DNA of 64,000 bases from Pristiophorus japonicus (GCF_044704955.1 NC_091985.1:120218001-120282000), one strand, 5' to 3'. Positions 36,551 through 50,891 are shown, numbered from the stretch's first letter. Numbers and translations: made by a program. The notes: generated by a model from the sequence alone, not told the origin.

Positions 36551-37669
36551 AGAGCAAGGACCACAATGTTTAAAAAATAGAAACAGAGCCCCCAATACAC
36601 AACTAGGAATATTCAAAGCACACAGCCCCTTTTCCTGAGCTTTAAAACAGTGCGTGAATGAACTCACGACACAGGCTAGTCTTCTAGTTGGAGCAGTCAT
36701 TTTTGCCATATTCCTGCAAGGTACGATGGCTAGACCATTAAGAAAGGATGCCTCAATATCAAGGCCCAATATTCCCTGCCATTATCCCATTGATTTAGAC
36801 TTTAATATCAACACAAAAAAGCTACCAACAGCAGTTAGCATTCTGATCCAGCTGTTTAATCCATCCCAAGTCCCAGGGGGACTCTGTCAGAGATTAAAAT
36901 AGCATCGAGTTACTGAGAGAAAACATTTTAATTCACAAAGTATTGTTGGGCGGGTGAAAAAGAGAAAGACAAGTAGGTAACTTATTCAAAAGGCTGGAAT
37001 AATAAAGACATCTTATATTGAAGTATATATTTTAAGATCCTAAATTGGGCTCAGTTTTTTCCCCCCCATATATTTGTAAAATGAAAAAGTCTTTGATGAG
37101 GGAAAAGATACTTTTAAATTTGGTTAAAACTGGGTTAGAATTTTAGGTTATTCTAATCAGATTTGGAAAATTAGGACACGCCTGCAATTTGTTTGCAGAT
37201 ACACATTTCATGATTAAATTGTCTCCAAGCAATTAGTCTAGACTAATATTAAAAAGGGTTTGTTTGACAACTTACTTTAAATTGGAGGTAATAAATTACT
37301 ATTCACAAACTGACCGTTTCATAATATAATAGATAAACCCAAATTCAGAGAGCAGTGAGATTTATTTGGCTTTATTCACTTGCAGAACTTTATAACTTTT
37401 GTCAACCAAAGGGAAGGCCAAAAATATATGACACCAAAGTTCACCAGTGCCTTCCACTGATCCAGCAAGGCTCGTTAATAGTTTAGATTCTGCAGGCAAG
37501 CAGTAATTAAAATTAAAGGATTTCTTTCTATAGTGGACATTTGCAAGCAATTTGTTCAATGCTTAATGGGTTTAATTAATACGGTCAAAGGAGTCTAAGG
37601 TTTATTTTCTCTCCAATATTTTCTTCCTTCCTGAAGGTACCAATTCCTTCAAAGATGGTGATGCTATAG

Positions 37670-37940
37670 GCTTGGGCTACCATTGCATAACTCAATCAAG
37701 TAGAATCCCAAACATCAATTACTGGCTGGTTATCCAATTGTGGAAGAGATCCTGCCCTCACCCGAGGTCTACACGTGCAAACTTCCCATATGGATTGTGG
37801 TATAGGGATCAGAAGTGGGCTGATTTTTCCCCCCAAACAGGGATGTTTCAACTAATTGTAGTCCCCTACTGCTGCTCTAGCTGAGATCAGTTAATACAGT
37901 ACAGGACAGGGCTTGAACTTGGCAAACCCCTGCTCTGTAC
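37670..37940 (-). mobile_element. Degraded SINE
   Basis: B-box-like head near 37915 and a gctgagatcag...aattgtag block. Confidence 0.4.
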
Positions 37941-39154
37941 AGATGGGGGTGAAACTGGTCTTCGCCAGTAGCACAAAATGCGCTCAGTGAATGGATGTCA
38001 ACAAAAATCTGAGATACTGGACCAGATGATGCTGCTCCCTCAAATTATTATTGATTTACAGGTGCCAGGCGTCAAGAGTTTCTGGGGTCTGCATATCAGT
38101 GGTTGCAGACATAAATCAGCATGCAGTGGCCTTTTCTCAGCCCAAGTTATTCCTAATGAGTCCTGCTGCTAATGCAAGTAATTCCGACCACTGCATACTG
38201 CACATGGGAATTCTCAAGGGAATAGGAGATCCCACCTGCAATATATGCTGAGGCCAGAAACCCTTTAATTAACAACACTGGGGTGGTGGTGATTGGGAGA
38301 AATGAAGGAGAAGTGGAGGAGAGCAATTTATGGAGAGGAGGATTGGTGGGGAGCAAGTTATGGACAGGAAGGAGGAGGCATAAGCTGGGAGTGGGGGTGA
38401 AGAAGTGCCAGTATTAACTGAAGGAAGCAGGAAATTGGGAGGAGTGGGAAAAAATGTGCCAAGCTGAATGGGGTTAGGAAAAGGGGAGCAGCTTGAATGG
38501 GAGGGAAGGGGAGAAGAGAGCCCATTGCAAAATGGAACACCAGCTTAAAGGGGAAATGGAAGAAATGCCAGCTTGAATTGGGGGCAGAGAAGAAAGTGTA
38601 CCAGCTTAAGTTGGGTGTGAGTGAATGAGTTCTAGCTTGAATTGGGGAGGGGTGGGGAAAGAAGAATACCAGGTTGAATTGGGGGCACACCTTCAGTCTT
38701 CCATACACAAGTTTGCTATCCACCAATAAAAATGAACGAATTTTGAATACATCTATAGCTTAAATCACAAAGCCCACATAACGATTTGTTTTCATATGTT
38801 AGAGGGTTACACTTAGAATCAGACATCGGATCTGAGCTGGCCGAAAAAGAGCTATCCAACCTAATCCCACTTTCCAGCTCTTGGTCTGTAGCCTTGTAGA
38901 TTCAAGTGCATATCCAAATACTTTTTAAATGCAATGAGGTTTTCTGCCTACTCTTGGAACCATTCTGGAGTGTCAGCATTTTGGGGCGAGTGTTGGATTT
39001 TTTAAAGCTGGTGGTCAGATATTGCTGGTTTTCTAATTTGACATGTATGTTGATCATTAAGTTTAAACAAGTAACCAGACAGCAAAACAATTTTACAATC
39101 AATAGTTTTGCAATATCTCTTCTGTTAAACGCTGAAATATAAGAGAGCTAGATA

Positions 39155-39348
39155 TAAGAACATAAGAAAATAGGAGCAGGAGTAGGCCATTTGACCCCTT
39201 GAGCCTGCTCCGCCATTTAATAAGATCATGGCTAATCTGATCATGGACTTAGCTCCACTTCTCTGCCCGCTCCCCATAACCCTTTATTTCCTTATCACTC
39301 AAAAATCTGTCTATCTCTGCCTTAAATATATTCAATGACCCAGCCTCC
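39155..39348 (-). mobile_element. CR1 3' end
   Basis: taagaacataagaaaataggagcaggagtaggccatt. Confidence 0.88.
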
Positions 39349-39360
39349 ATATGTAGATAG

Positions 39361-39560
39361 GCAGATGGATAGATAGATAGGCAGATGGATAAATAGATAG
39401 GCAGATGGATAAATAGATAGGCAGATGGATAAATAGATAGGCAGATGGATAAATAGATAGGCAGATGGATAAATAGATAGGCAGATGGATAAATAGATAG
39501 GCAGATGGATAAATAGATAGGCAGATGGATAGATAGATAGGCAGATGGATAGATAGATAA
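39361..39560. repeat. 20-bp GATA-derived minisatellite, 10 units
   Basis: (gcagatggataRatagatag)x10, decaying into degenerate GATA repeats to ~39700. Confidence 0.97.
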
Positions 39561-40099
39561 AGAGAGGTAGAGTTAGCTGGAGAGATAGACAGATAGAGAT
39601 AGCTGGATAGAGAGAGATAGATAGAGATAGCTAGATAGAAATAGTTAAATAGTTAGCTATAATAAATGGATCGACAGGTAGATTAAATCGATGGAGATAT
39701 CTACAAATGCACACATACACAATTGAAAATTAAAGTCACCCATCTTGCAAAATGCATATAGTTAACTTGTAATTAATAATTTAGCTACAACTACCCTCCC
39801 AAATTCAAATTAACCTATGACCTAAACTACTTCCTGGTCCTGACTTGCACAAAATTAACTTTAATGAGACCAAACAAATGTAGCTCTCGATGTTATCTCC
39901 TCTCTATTATGGCATGCTCAGAACCAGCGGTGCAAAAAAATAACTACCCCCTCTCCCACCTCAGCTAACATTGTGTACAGCTTCATTCTTCAATAATGGA
40001 ATTTCAGAGCTTTGTGAGCAGTTAAATGGCCTCCAGACATGTAGTGCTGGGAATTTTACACTGGAATTCACAGCTACATTTGGCTGTAGGAAAGTATCC

Positions 40100-40470
40100 A
40101 ACAACAATCTGTTAGCACCTTTAACGTAGTGAAACGTCCCAAGGTGCTTCACTAGAGTATTCTGCGATAATAATTTGACACCGAGCCGCCCAAGTAGAAA
40201 TTAGCGCTGGTGATCAAAAGCTTGGTCAAACAGGTACGTTTTAAGGAGCGTCTTGAAAGAGGAAAGAGAGGTAGAGGGGTTTAGGCAGGGAGTTCCAGAG
40301 CTTGGGCCGAGGCAACAGAAGACACGGCCACCAATGGTTGAGTGGTTACAATCATGAATGCTCAGGAGAATTGGAGGAGTGCAGATATCTCAGGGGGTTG
40401 TGGGGCTGGAGGAGATTACAGAGATAGGGAAGGGCGAGGACATGGAGAGATTTGAAAATAAGGATAAGAA
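40100..40470 (-). mobile_element. L2 LINE 3' fragment
   Basis: Homologous to 10043-10310. Confidence 0.85.
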
Positions 40471-40564
40471 TCCAAGTTCAAAATCAACAATTTAGTGTAC
40501 AAGATGCTCAATTTCAGCATTGTATAATTCATCAAAAATACTCAAGTATTGCGTTATGTAACTG

Positions 40565-40776
40565 TAGGCCCAGAGCTCTGGAATTACCTCCTTAATCCTT
40601 TCTCTCCTCCTTTAAGACGCTCCTTAAAACCTTCCTCTTTGACCAAGCTTTTGGTCACATGTCCTAATATCTCCTTATGTGGCTCGGTGTCAAATTTTGT
40701 TTGGTAATCGCTCCTGTGAAGCGCCTAGGGATGTTTTACTATGTCAAAGGAGCCTATTTCAATGCAAGTTGTTGTT
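40565..40776 (+). mobile_element. L2 LINE 3' fragment
   Basis: Ends aatgcaagttgttgtt. Inverted relative to 40100-40310. Confidence 0.85.
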
Positions 40777-43257
40777 CAACACCCACCATTGTGACAAGTG
40801 TCTGTCTATGGCTAGGGCTCTACCAGGTGAAACAAAACCCTTCTGATTTGGCAACCTAGCTTGGAGCATCTAAATCCTTCCAATGCGAGCGTGTAAATTC
40901 AGTCTATAGAAATCCTCGTGAATAGTAAACCGTGTTGACGGTGCTGCATCTCCAACTCAAAAAGTAGCTATTCTTACTCATGAACTTTAGCAAAGGTGAA
41001 AGCATTAAGAAAATGTGGCAGTTTTACAGCTGCTTTGAAAAAGATCAGTATTCATCAGGTATTTGGAATCGAGTTTTATAGTTGAATATTGAAATCTATT
41101 TCGTCAACATTTTGAGCTTTCAAAGTCAGGCTGAATCTCAAGTGAACAAAAACTGAATTTGGTCTCAAGTGTAGCCAACAAATGCAGTACAAGTAATTAA
41201 TCACCAATAATAACTGAAAACCATGCGCAAATAAAATAGAGCTGATATTCTCCATATACAAAAAAGCATTAAAAAAAAACCTCTTGATTATTCACTTAAA
41301 AATTCAGTACCATTAAAAAATATTCTCTGCTTAAGACTGAATCCAACTATCCACAGTTCCTGCTCAGACTGAGTCACTAGGATGAGGAGTGTGCGTGTCT
41401 CTCATACTGTTGCGAGTTCCCAGTGCATTGACAAACATAATAAATATATTTGCTGCCCAAAAGTAGTAAATATAATCTAACATACCAGGGGCTATACAAA
41501 GCATCACAGCTTAGATCAGTCTCTGAAAGAAAATGATGGGTTCACTTTTCAAATGTGATTCTTCTGATGAAAGTATAATATTATGGCTATGCTCTTTCAG
41601 CTGTGTACTTCCAGCATTTGAACTTTTTACTTGGGTTAAGAGACAGATTGTCCTATGAAGCACCATTACTATCTTTGTGGACCCACAAACTACAATTAAT
41701 CTCCATTTATGCAAATAGGGGCACAGACTAATTTGTACTGCTGCACCCAATGCTTGAACCTGTGCCATTCCCATTGATATTTAGCATCCATTAAAATCAG
41801 TCTCAGCCACTCCTTCACAGATAGTTCAATTGGAGAGTCACTAATGCTGCATTGGGAAACAGCTTTCACTATTTAGAATTTCGCCCTCCAGCTGGTAGAA
41901 TCACCCACAGCATAAATGAGTAGTTTCCACAACAAGGGCAGGGGGAGGGAGCTGTAACCACCAAAGGCCACAGCTACTCATTTGTGCCCAAATCTAACAG
42001 ACCTTTTAAAAATATATAACATACTGGGCCATGCACCTTTGTATGAAGAAAACAAATTAAAAATGCGCACATAAGTATTTGTTTAATGCACGTTCAGCAC
42101 GCTGGGACACGTATTAAAAAAAAAAAGCGCTATTTTCATTCATATAAACAAGAATCAAAATCCCACATAGGTCCTGTAACAAAAAATCTTACAACTGCAG
42201 TCAGGATTCAAGTGGGCGGGTTCGCGGCAAACGAGAAGCCGTGAGGCTGATGGCGACCATGCTTTCTGGGCGCCTCGTACACTGGCAGGAAAATTACTCT
42301 GTCCAACTTTCACAACAAAGAAATGAGGCTTAACTTAGTTTCTCCGGCATAACTAATTAATTGCGACAAACAGGAAACACATGGGTCGAATAGACTTTTG
42401 TGGATTCAACTTTCATCTGCTCCTTTCAATGCGCCACAAGAAATTTATTTTCTAAAATCAAAGCTAGTAAAGTTCCAAGCAGCTTACATCGGGGGGGGAG
42501 CTGAAATAGCACACAACCTCTGGGGCCAGAGAGTGAATCCAGCCCAGTTTAATCAGATAAAGTCTCCTTTGTCTGTTTGAAATTAGTAGGCAACAGGACC
42601 TCCGCACAAAACTCAATTCAACAGATATTCCCAGAGCGTTAGTCGATGCGAGAAATGGAGCAATTCGAACGAGTGCGCTAGGAATGCTCTTTGCTGAGGG
42701 ACTGCAGAGGGCACTGCTTGATAAAATGTTTTAATTCTGATTCCAAGAGTCGGGTGTCTGGGAGGCAGCTTCCAGTGTTTACCTTGCTAAATCACATGGC
42801 TCAACTTGTAAACCTCGGCAAAAATCAGCAGCCATGGTACAGAAAACGGACTGAGCAGCACGAATACTGGGAGCCAACGCACCAGGCTCCAAGCTCAAAT
42901 GCTAAAGCAGCTTTTATGCAGCCTGGAGCTACAAGATCAAACATGACAACTGCAGGAAAATGTTCTTAACCTGCTAGTGCTTTTCTCATAAGGAGCACAG
43001 AATAAATACTCCACCCCTCCCAAAAGTTTCTCTTGATCTTCAAACACTTGAATTCGGGCTTGTGGCTGACCCCAATTGAACAAGGCGTGGGTCTAAATTT
43101 AAACTTTCCATTTTCAACCATTTATATACATATTTATCTAATTATTTGCATCACGCCAACTTCCACACCATATAAGATTTTGTTTTTGCCCTATACATCC
43201 CATGTATCAAGAATATTTAAAGGAATCTCCACACACACTATGGTGTAATCTATACAT

Positions 43258-43622
43258 GTCAGCTGTGGCTCAGTGGGTAGCGCTCTCCCCTCCGAGTCAG
43301 AAGGTTGTGGGTTCAAGTCCCACTCCATAGACTCCAGCACAAAAATCTAGGCAGACACCCCCAATGTACAACTGAGGGAGTGCTGCACTGTCGGAGGTGC
43401 CGTCTTTCAGATGAGACATTAAACCAAAGCCCCGTATACCCTCTCAGGTGGGCATAAAAGATCCCATGGTCACTATTTTAGAAAAAAAGCAGGGGAGTTC
43501 TGCTCTGTGTTCTGGCCAACATTTATCCCTCAATCAACTACACTTCAAAAATTGGCTGTAAAGCGCTTTGGGATGTCCTGAGCTTGTGAAAGATGCTATA
43601 GAAATGCAAGTCTTTTTCTTTT
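43258..43622 (+). mobile_element. tRNA-headed SINE (DeuSINE/SacSINE1-like) with L2-like tail
   Basis: A box tggctcagtggg, B box ggttcaagtcc, core gtgctgcactgtcggaggtgccgtctttcagatgagac, tail gctatagaaatgcaagtctttt. Confidence 0.88.
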
Positions 43623-44829
43623 TATAGAACTGACACCTGCCCTCCAAGCCGCTTTGCAATTCAAAACCCAAATCCAAGAAAATAGTTTAGGAGAGAATTG
43701 GAATAAATTGGATTAGTTGAAACTAGCATGTTAAGAATGTTCATTGCTGGGGCTCTGTAGAGTTCCAAATAAGTCTGAATTACAAGCAAAAGCAACTGAT
43801 ATTTCAATACGACCTTCAATGTAGCAACTATCGCAAGATGCTTCATAGAAAAACAGAGTAGTATTGGAGAATGTAAAGGAGGCAACCAAAAGCACGGTCT
43901 GAAGCAGTATGTTTTGAGGAGGCTTTTTGAGAGAGGGGTAAAGCAAGGAGGTGATGTTTAGGCAGAGCTCCAGAGAGTAGGGCTGAGATAACTAAGACTG
44001 TACCATTGTTGAGTGAAGAGAGTCCAGAGTCACAGGTCTAGATGTAGAGCTGGAAGATGAAACAGTATTGAGGTGGGCTGAGGTAGCAGAAGGATTTGTG
44101 AATGTGAATTTAATGAATTGGGGATGGAGACGTAAGGTAGACTTTAGGAGGTTGTCAATAAGGCATTGGAGAAGTCGAGACTGGAGTTAACAAGAGAGTA
44201 GATCACATACAAGAGAGGTGTGGGACCGAGGGACTGGTGGAAGTAAGCAGTCATGATAATGAATAGGCTATGGGTTATGAAGCCAGGCTCAAGGTAAAAT
44301 CTGCTTTGATGATGTTGATCAGGGATGAATGTTGGCCAGGATGCCAGGGAGAACTCCCATATTCTTTGAACAGTACCATGTGTTCTTTTATGTCCACCTA
44401 AGGGAGCAGACTTGGTTTAATGTCTCATCCACCTCCAGCAGAGCAGAGCTCCCTCAGTACATGGAGGACATGGAGAGTGCAGAGCTCAATGGGGGCAATC
44501 CATTCAAGGAATGATGAGGGGAAGGGGAGATGGCCAAGTCAGCCAAATGGGTTGACTGAAAGTGGGAAGCGAAAAAAATTCACGAGCTCCTCAACACTGG
44601 AGGTGAGGATAGAGGGATTGAGGGAACGGAGTCAGGTGAGGTGGTGAGCTGTTAAGAGGAGCCTGGATGGTGTGGCTCACATAAGAAAGGCAAGCAAGCA
44701 CCGCAAAAATAAAATATGACACCAACCTGGAAGGAAAAGCAAATCCTCTTCTTTGAGATGGTGGGTAGGGGAATAGGTGGTGATGGTGCAGGGAAAATAT
44801 CACTACAAAACTCTCAAAATGTAAGTAAT

Positions 44830-45062
44830 AAAATATTGCAGATGATGAAAATCTGAAAAGAAGACAAAAAAATTGCTGGAAACACTCAGCAGGTCTGCCA
44901 GTATCTGGAGAACTTAGCCAAGTTAAAGTCTCAAGTGCAGAGGCTTTCTCTCGACCAGCTCCTCCCCCTCTTCTGAAAGAAGGGTCCACACATACGAATT
45001 GTTAACTGATCTGCTTCTCTCTGCAGATGCTGACTGACTTGCAGCATTCTCTGTTTTAGTTT
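44830..45062. mobile_element. Degraded Penelope-like inverted terminal repeat remnant
   Basis: The left half aaattgctggaaacactcagcaggtc is inverted relative to the right half gttaact...ctctctgcagatgctg...cagcattctctgtttt. Confidence 0.6.
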
Positions 45063-45392
45063 CTTAAAAATGTACATTTTTCTGCAGCTTCTGTAATTAC
45101 AGGTTGAAGTTTACACCTGTGTCGCTCAGGCTTCAAGCAGCAGCTGCCAAATCAACATCTGGATGCTGAACACTGTGCGTAAGAGACCTCAAACAAAAAT
45201 GGCTCTTCAAAGAGTTGCTGTCTCAAAAAGTCCTATTACAAGTCTCCATAAAAGCTTATTTTCAAACCATTTTGGTCAGGTACACATCACGGATGTGGGA
45301 TGAGGAGGGAAGAGAACATGCACCAGAGCACTCATGTTTTTACATTCATTGCAAATTTACTGCATCAAGCAGTGGCAGTAAACACATTACTT

Positions 45393-45830
45393 GGAACACA
45401 AGAAATAGGAGCAGGGGTCGAGCATTCGGCCCTTCGAGTTTGCTCCACCATTCATTATCATGGCTGATCTTCTACCGCAACTCCACTTTCTTGCACTATC
45501 CCCAGATCCCTTGGTTCCCTTAGTAGCCAAAAATCTATCGATCTCTGTCTTGAATATAAACGACTGAGCATCCACAGCCCTCTGAGGTAGAGAATTCCAA
45601 AGATTCACCATCCTCTGAGTGAAGACATTTCTCCTCATCTCCATCCTAAATGGCCGACCCCTTATTCTGAGACTGTGACACCTGTTTCTAGACTCTCCAG
45701 CCAGGGGAATCAGCCTCCCAGCATCTACCCTGTCAAGCCCCTTAAGAATTTGTATATGGTTCAATGAGATCACCTCTCATTCTTCTAAACTCTAGGGAAT
45801 GTAGGCCTAGTCGACTTAATATTTCCTCAT
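45393..45830 (-). mobile_element. CR1 3' fragment
   Basis: ORF 45387-45773 LKGLDRVDAG...QRMVNLWNSLPQ. Confidence 0.9.
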
Positions 45831-46479
45831 ACCTTCGTTGCACCACCTGTAAGGCAAATATATCTTTCCTGAGGCAAGACTACCAAATAACTACAGCATC
45901 ATTAATAAACTTCGTAAAATAAAATGTGCTAACTATGCTCACACCCGCTCAAAACAGAAAAGTCAGATTTGGCAACTTTCATCGTTTTACATTAGTCATG
46001 AAGCAAGAATGGACTGAGCGGAGTTAAAAAAAATCCCTCAGGAAGCTGAATGGCTGTAGATAATTAAATTGTAAATTATTTAAAGCTTTCAAATCCCTCC
46101 AAGCATTCATTAGGAAATGCAATTTTGCATGCATCAGTCCTCCTATGTATGGGATGAATGAAAAGGACAAGGCAGAATGCTAAACATGCTATTCACAAAC
46201 TTATCACATTGGGGTGGTAGCAGGAAGGCTGTCTCTTCTGTAGTTATGTCAGTCACCTGCATCGACTAGCTAGAAACCAAGCAGAAGTGAGATTCAACAG
46301 TCCGGTCAAGTCAAAATCCTGAACGCTATGTTCAGCTCCTGCATGCAAGGACATGTAGCAATTATGAGGAAAACATGCTGTGATAAGTTAGAAATCGAAC
46401 CCGTTCCATGTATCGCATAGAACTGTGTTAGTGCAACACACTGGCTCAATCTCTGCATTTATTGGGCCAGGAGAGGTGC

Positions 46480-46790
46480 CACTAATGGATGAAGAGTCCA
46501 TAACGAGTTGTTACAGAATTAAAGTGATTGGCAAAAGAACCAGAGGTGACATGAGGAAAAACTTTTTTTATGCAACGAGTGATTAGGATTTGGAATGCAC
46601 TGCCTGATAGGGTGGTGGATACAGATTCAATAGTAGCCTTCAAAAGGAGATGGGACAAATATTTGGAGGAGGAAAAATTGCAGAGACATGGGGAAAGAGT
46701 GGGGGAGTGGGATGAACTGGATTGCTCTTTGAATGAACCGGCGCAAACTCGATGGGCTGAATAGCCTCTTTCTGTGCTGTACTGTACTGT
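46480..46790 (+). mobile_element. CR1 3' fragment
   Basis: QRVIRIWNALPDRVV. Related short copies at ~48585-48690 (-) and ~49008-49255 (+). Confidence 0.85.
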
Positions 46791-47232
46791 TGTATTTTAA
46801 CTTAGATTTTGAAGTTATTGAAAAAAATTATTCAGAATAGAAATAGCTCACTGGAGAAATATGTAAAGGAGCTAAAATTCACAAAAATTCTCTCAGATCT
46901 GCGGGCTGTAGTAGGACATTAGTCAGTTAACAAAAGTGTAAAATAGAAGCTTTACTTAATTTTTACCTGCAATAGATGTTAAACTGTAACATCGAACTAA
47001 CGAGTGTTTCCATATTTGCCAAACAATATACTTTCCAAAAAGTTGATTCATAGGCACATTCTTCATTTGCTATATGTGTTTATTGCCCCTCAATAAAAAC
47101 AGAACATCTGTATGACTTATTGCAGATCCAGCAGTGTAAGTTACATATTTGAATTTTAATTTTAAGCAGGTTCAACTAAATAATTAGCATAAGCACACAA
47201 TAGTATTTCTACATATAGCTTGCTCCATCTTT

Positions 47233-47670
47233 GTCAGCCATGGCTCAGTGGGTAGGACTCTTGCCTCTGAGTCAGAAGATCGTGGGTTCAAGTCCTACTC
47301 TAGGGACTTGAGCACAAAAATCTAGGCCGAGACTCCAGTGCAGTGCTGAGAGTGCTGCACTGTTGCAGGTGCCATCTTTCAGATGAAACGTTAAACCGAG
47401 GCCTCAGCTGCTCTCCCAGGACATAAAAGATCCCACGGCACTATTTTGAAGAAGAGCAGGGGGTTCTCCCCAGTGTCCTGGCCAATATTTATCCCTCAAT
47501 CAACATCGCTAAAACAGACTATCTAGTCATGATCACATTGTTGTGTGGGGAAGCTTGCAGTTCGCAAATTGGCTGCCGCGTTTCCGATATTGCAACAGTG
47601 ACTACACTTCAATGGCTGTAAAGTGCTTTAGGACGTCCTGAGACCATGAAAGGGGCTATAGAAATGCAAG
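47233..47670 (+). mobile_element. tRNA-headed SINE (same family as 43258-43622)
   Basis: A and B boxes, same core and tail. Confidence 0.9.
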
Positions 47671-47672
47671 TA

Positions 47673-48007
47673 CAGGTTGAACCTCCCTTATCCAGAACCC
47701 TCGGGACCTGGCCTGTCTGGATAAGGGATTTTTCTGGACGAGTGGTGGTCACTTTAAATTGGATGGTACAGGTACTGAGCAAGGGGATATCGGGGCTGGC
47801 TGGCTTGGGGTTGGGAGTGTGGCAGAGAGATCATTTGGGGGGGGGGGGGGGGTGGGGTGCATGGATTGCGGGGTCAGGCCAGCGATTGTGGGAGTCGGCA
47901 GCGAGAAGGACTTCAATTTGTTCATGTGGGAGTTCTGCGCATGTGCACATAGTGGCCGGGAATGGTTCTGGACAAGGGGTGGTTCTGGATAAGGGAGGTT
48001 CAACCCG
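47673..48007. mobile_element. Tc1/mariner (Tigger-like) MITE inserted in the SINE tail
   Basis: 27-bp TIR caggttgaacctcccttatccagaacc (1 mismatch), with TA on both sides. Confidence 0.9.
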
Positions 48008-50292
48008 TATTTCTTTTTCATCTTTGAGTATCATTTGGATAAGCGTACAAGAATTATGACTAAAAACATTGACCAAGAGTGCAATGTACATTAGTTCTTC
48101 AATCACAATCCTTGTTTAAGGGCAAGCACATCCAGCCTAAAAAAAATATTCTGAATCTGGTTCACTTTAACCAGCTTTGTCAGTCCATTTGACCTTTTCT
48201 TTACATGGTTATTACTGCATCTCACTGCAGAGCTGCTAAGTGCACCTGGAGTAAATGCAAAAAAAATTCTAGAAATTTGAAAAACACAAAAGTGAAATAA
48301 AAATAACTCCAGTTCCAATTTGAATCTAATGTTGGATTTTTGTTTTGCATCCTCTGTTACAGGTGGGTATGCGGGGATTATTTTGTGGGATTATGGGAGT
48401 TTCTAGACGGCTAGTATAAAAAGATTTCATAGCACACACACAAACAAACAACTAAAAACATTAGGCAAGTGTAAGAAGCACAAATGGATAAAAAGTAGCA
48501 ATTTTAAGCCACATATTCTGCTTAAAATAAAACTAGTCTGTCCACTGTATTAAAAATAATCCAGACATTCTACTGATAGATGGAATCATACAACAGAGAA
48601 GGTGGCCATTCGGCCCACTGTGCCCATGCTGGCTCTTTGAAAGAGCTGTACAATTAGCCCCACTCCCCTGCTCAAAGACTTTAATTTTTTTTTGCTCAAC
48701 ATCTAAAATGTACTGCAACGTGGAAAGTCTGTATTTAACTCTGCTCCTCAAACTCTTTTTGTTCCATAATCCCAACACAAACATTTAAACTTTTAAATGT
48801 ATAAAATAGCAAATTTTCTTCAGCTGTGTGGCTCTATACAACTGCTGTGGTGTATAGGTACAAGGGCTACTGCGATATTTAATTTTCCAGGTCCAAGATA
48901 TTTGCCTCTACTACATTGTATTGCAATTTCAAAGCTACTTTAAAAGATACCTGACTACCATAATGACAAGTAGACTTGCACTCTAAGCGACCTTATTTCT
49001 ACTAGAAAAACCAGAGGCGACACAAGGGGAAAAAAATATATGCAGCGAAATATGCTGACCTGGAACGCACTGCCTGAAAGGGTGGCGGAAGCAGATTCAA
49101 CAGTAACTTTCAAAAAGGAATTGGATAAATATTTGAAGCAGAAAATTTGCAGGGTTATGAGGAAAGAGCAGGGGAGTGGGACTAATTAGATAGTTCTTTC
49201 AAAGTGCTGGCACAGGCACGATGGGCCAAAAGACCTCCTTCTGTGCTGTACAATTTTACGGGCAACATTTGTGATACTTGACAGCTTTTATTTAACCATC
49301 AGAATAAATATGCAGTAAGTTTTACTAATTGCATTGTGCTTATAATACACAATTTTGGAAAGCTATTTGAATGAAAGAAAGCAGATTTAATGTGTAAAAA
49401 GGAGGAACAATATAACTCTTATACTGAAAATAACCAACAATACTGGCATCCATACTGTAACTTTAAATATAATCATGTGGAAATTGCAAGCTACTTTTTT
49501 TTAAACCACCAGTGTTCAGAAAATAATTTGCCCTTCACCAATTCTGTGTCAACGCTCTTCCTGTCACCATTGTGACAGATGGTAGCAACTAACAGTGAAA
49601 GCATGGAGCTGTTTTTAAACTCTTGGTTGCTCTGGGCCAGGCAAAGCTCTCTGCACTAATTTCAGACCCTACTTCCTTCCAGCATGTTCCCAGGCTTTGC
49701 TCAGAGCGCTGTGTTAGGATTCCCTAATCCTTACTAGCCTAACAGGAAGTTGTCAATCATCTTATTGTCCATTTGCCAATTCTGTCTCTTTCTCAAACAA
49801 AATAATGTTTACAAGCTGTGCTGGCCTACTCTGCGTGTTGCTGCCAAAGCTAAAGACAAAGCTGATTTGTATGTCCTCTCCACCACCTCACTAAAGGGAG
49901 GGACAGTAAAACTTTTCAGAGACACTCGTGCTGCATTATTCATTTAACTTAATGCATACCAGTGAAGGATTCCTGTTTATTTTGTTGAATAAAAATATAT
50001 TGTGCAACTCCTCTCCGACTGCGCGGCCTAGTCGACTCAGTTGAGTATGAGAAGAAATGACACCCACAGTTATTCAACATGTTCAGTTATACGTACCCAA
50101 CCACATTTGTGCATATTTCTGCATAATGGGACTAAAACTAATGCTCCCCTTTCTGTCTTAAACCAACTACAACATATCCCTGTAACTGTACAGTATTTCA
50201 ATAAATATCAAAATAGAGAAGGTACAATCAAATAACTACACAGATATAAATATATTTATTCTAATTCTGTACTTGTTGACATTTACAAATTA

Positions 50293-50470
50293 CACACACA
50301 CACACACACAGACAGACAGGGACAGGCACACACAGACAGACAGAGACACACACAGAGACAGACAGAGACAGGCACACACAGAGACAGACAGAGACACAGA
50401 GAGACAGAGAGGCACACACACAGAGACACAGACAGAGATAGGCACACACACACACACACAGACAGAGACA
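50293..50470. repeat. Compound (CA)/(GA)/(CAGA) microsatellite
   Basis: Direct reading. Confidence 0.95.
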
Positions 50471-50891
50471 GGCCTTTTTGTATTGTTGTGAATCGAGAAC
50501 AATGGTTGCCAGTGTCACTCTGAATTAAGAGTTTCAAAGCTGGAATATCTACATTGGTAGAGACTTAGATACAATGACCTAAATGTAACCAAGCACTGTA
50601 AAACAATCATAAATTTGAATTGTATCCAAGATGCCACTAAAATGAGTGGAAAAAGAAACAGGAGTAAGCCATATATTTTAAGGCTGTTCACCTCTACTTT
50701 CCTTTAACTGCAATTTTTTGAATAATTTGGCACAATTTGAAAAAAATGAATGACGACTTGCAAAGAAATGTGAATTTTACTGTGAAAATATGTGCTATTG
50801 GATGAATAACCATAATGTTACATATAAACTGGCTACCATGACAATCTTGTTTTATTTATAAAGCAGGCAAGATTGGATGAAAGACAAGAAT

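Noticed and set aside
41354-41376. ETS/AP-1-like motifs (also 9303-9313, 12599-12605, 54248-54254) as ERK-responsive enhancers
   Set aside because: Plausible for SPRED2, but 7-mers at this frequency are expected by chance in 64 kb without conservation data.
43258-43330. tRNA gene (also 47233-47300)
   Set aside because: The A/B boxes are SINE heads, followed by SINE core and tail, with no clean cloverleaf end.
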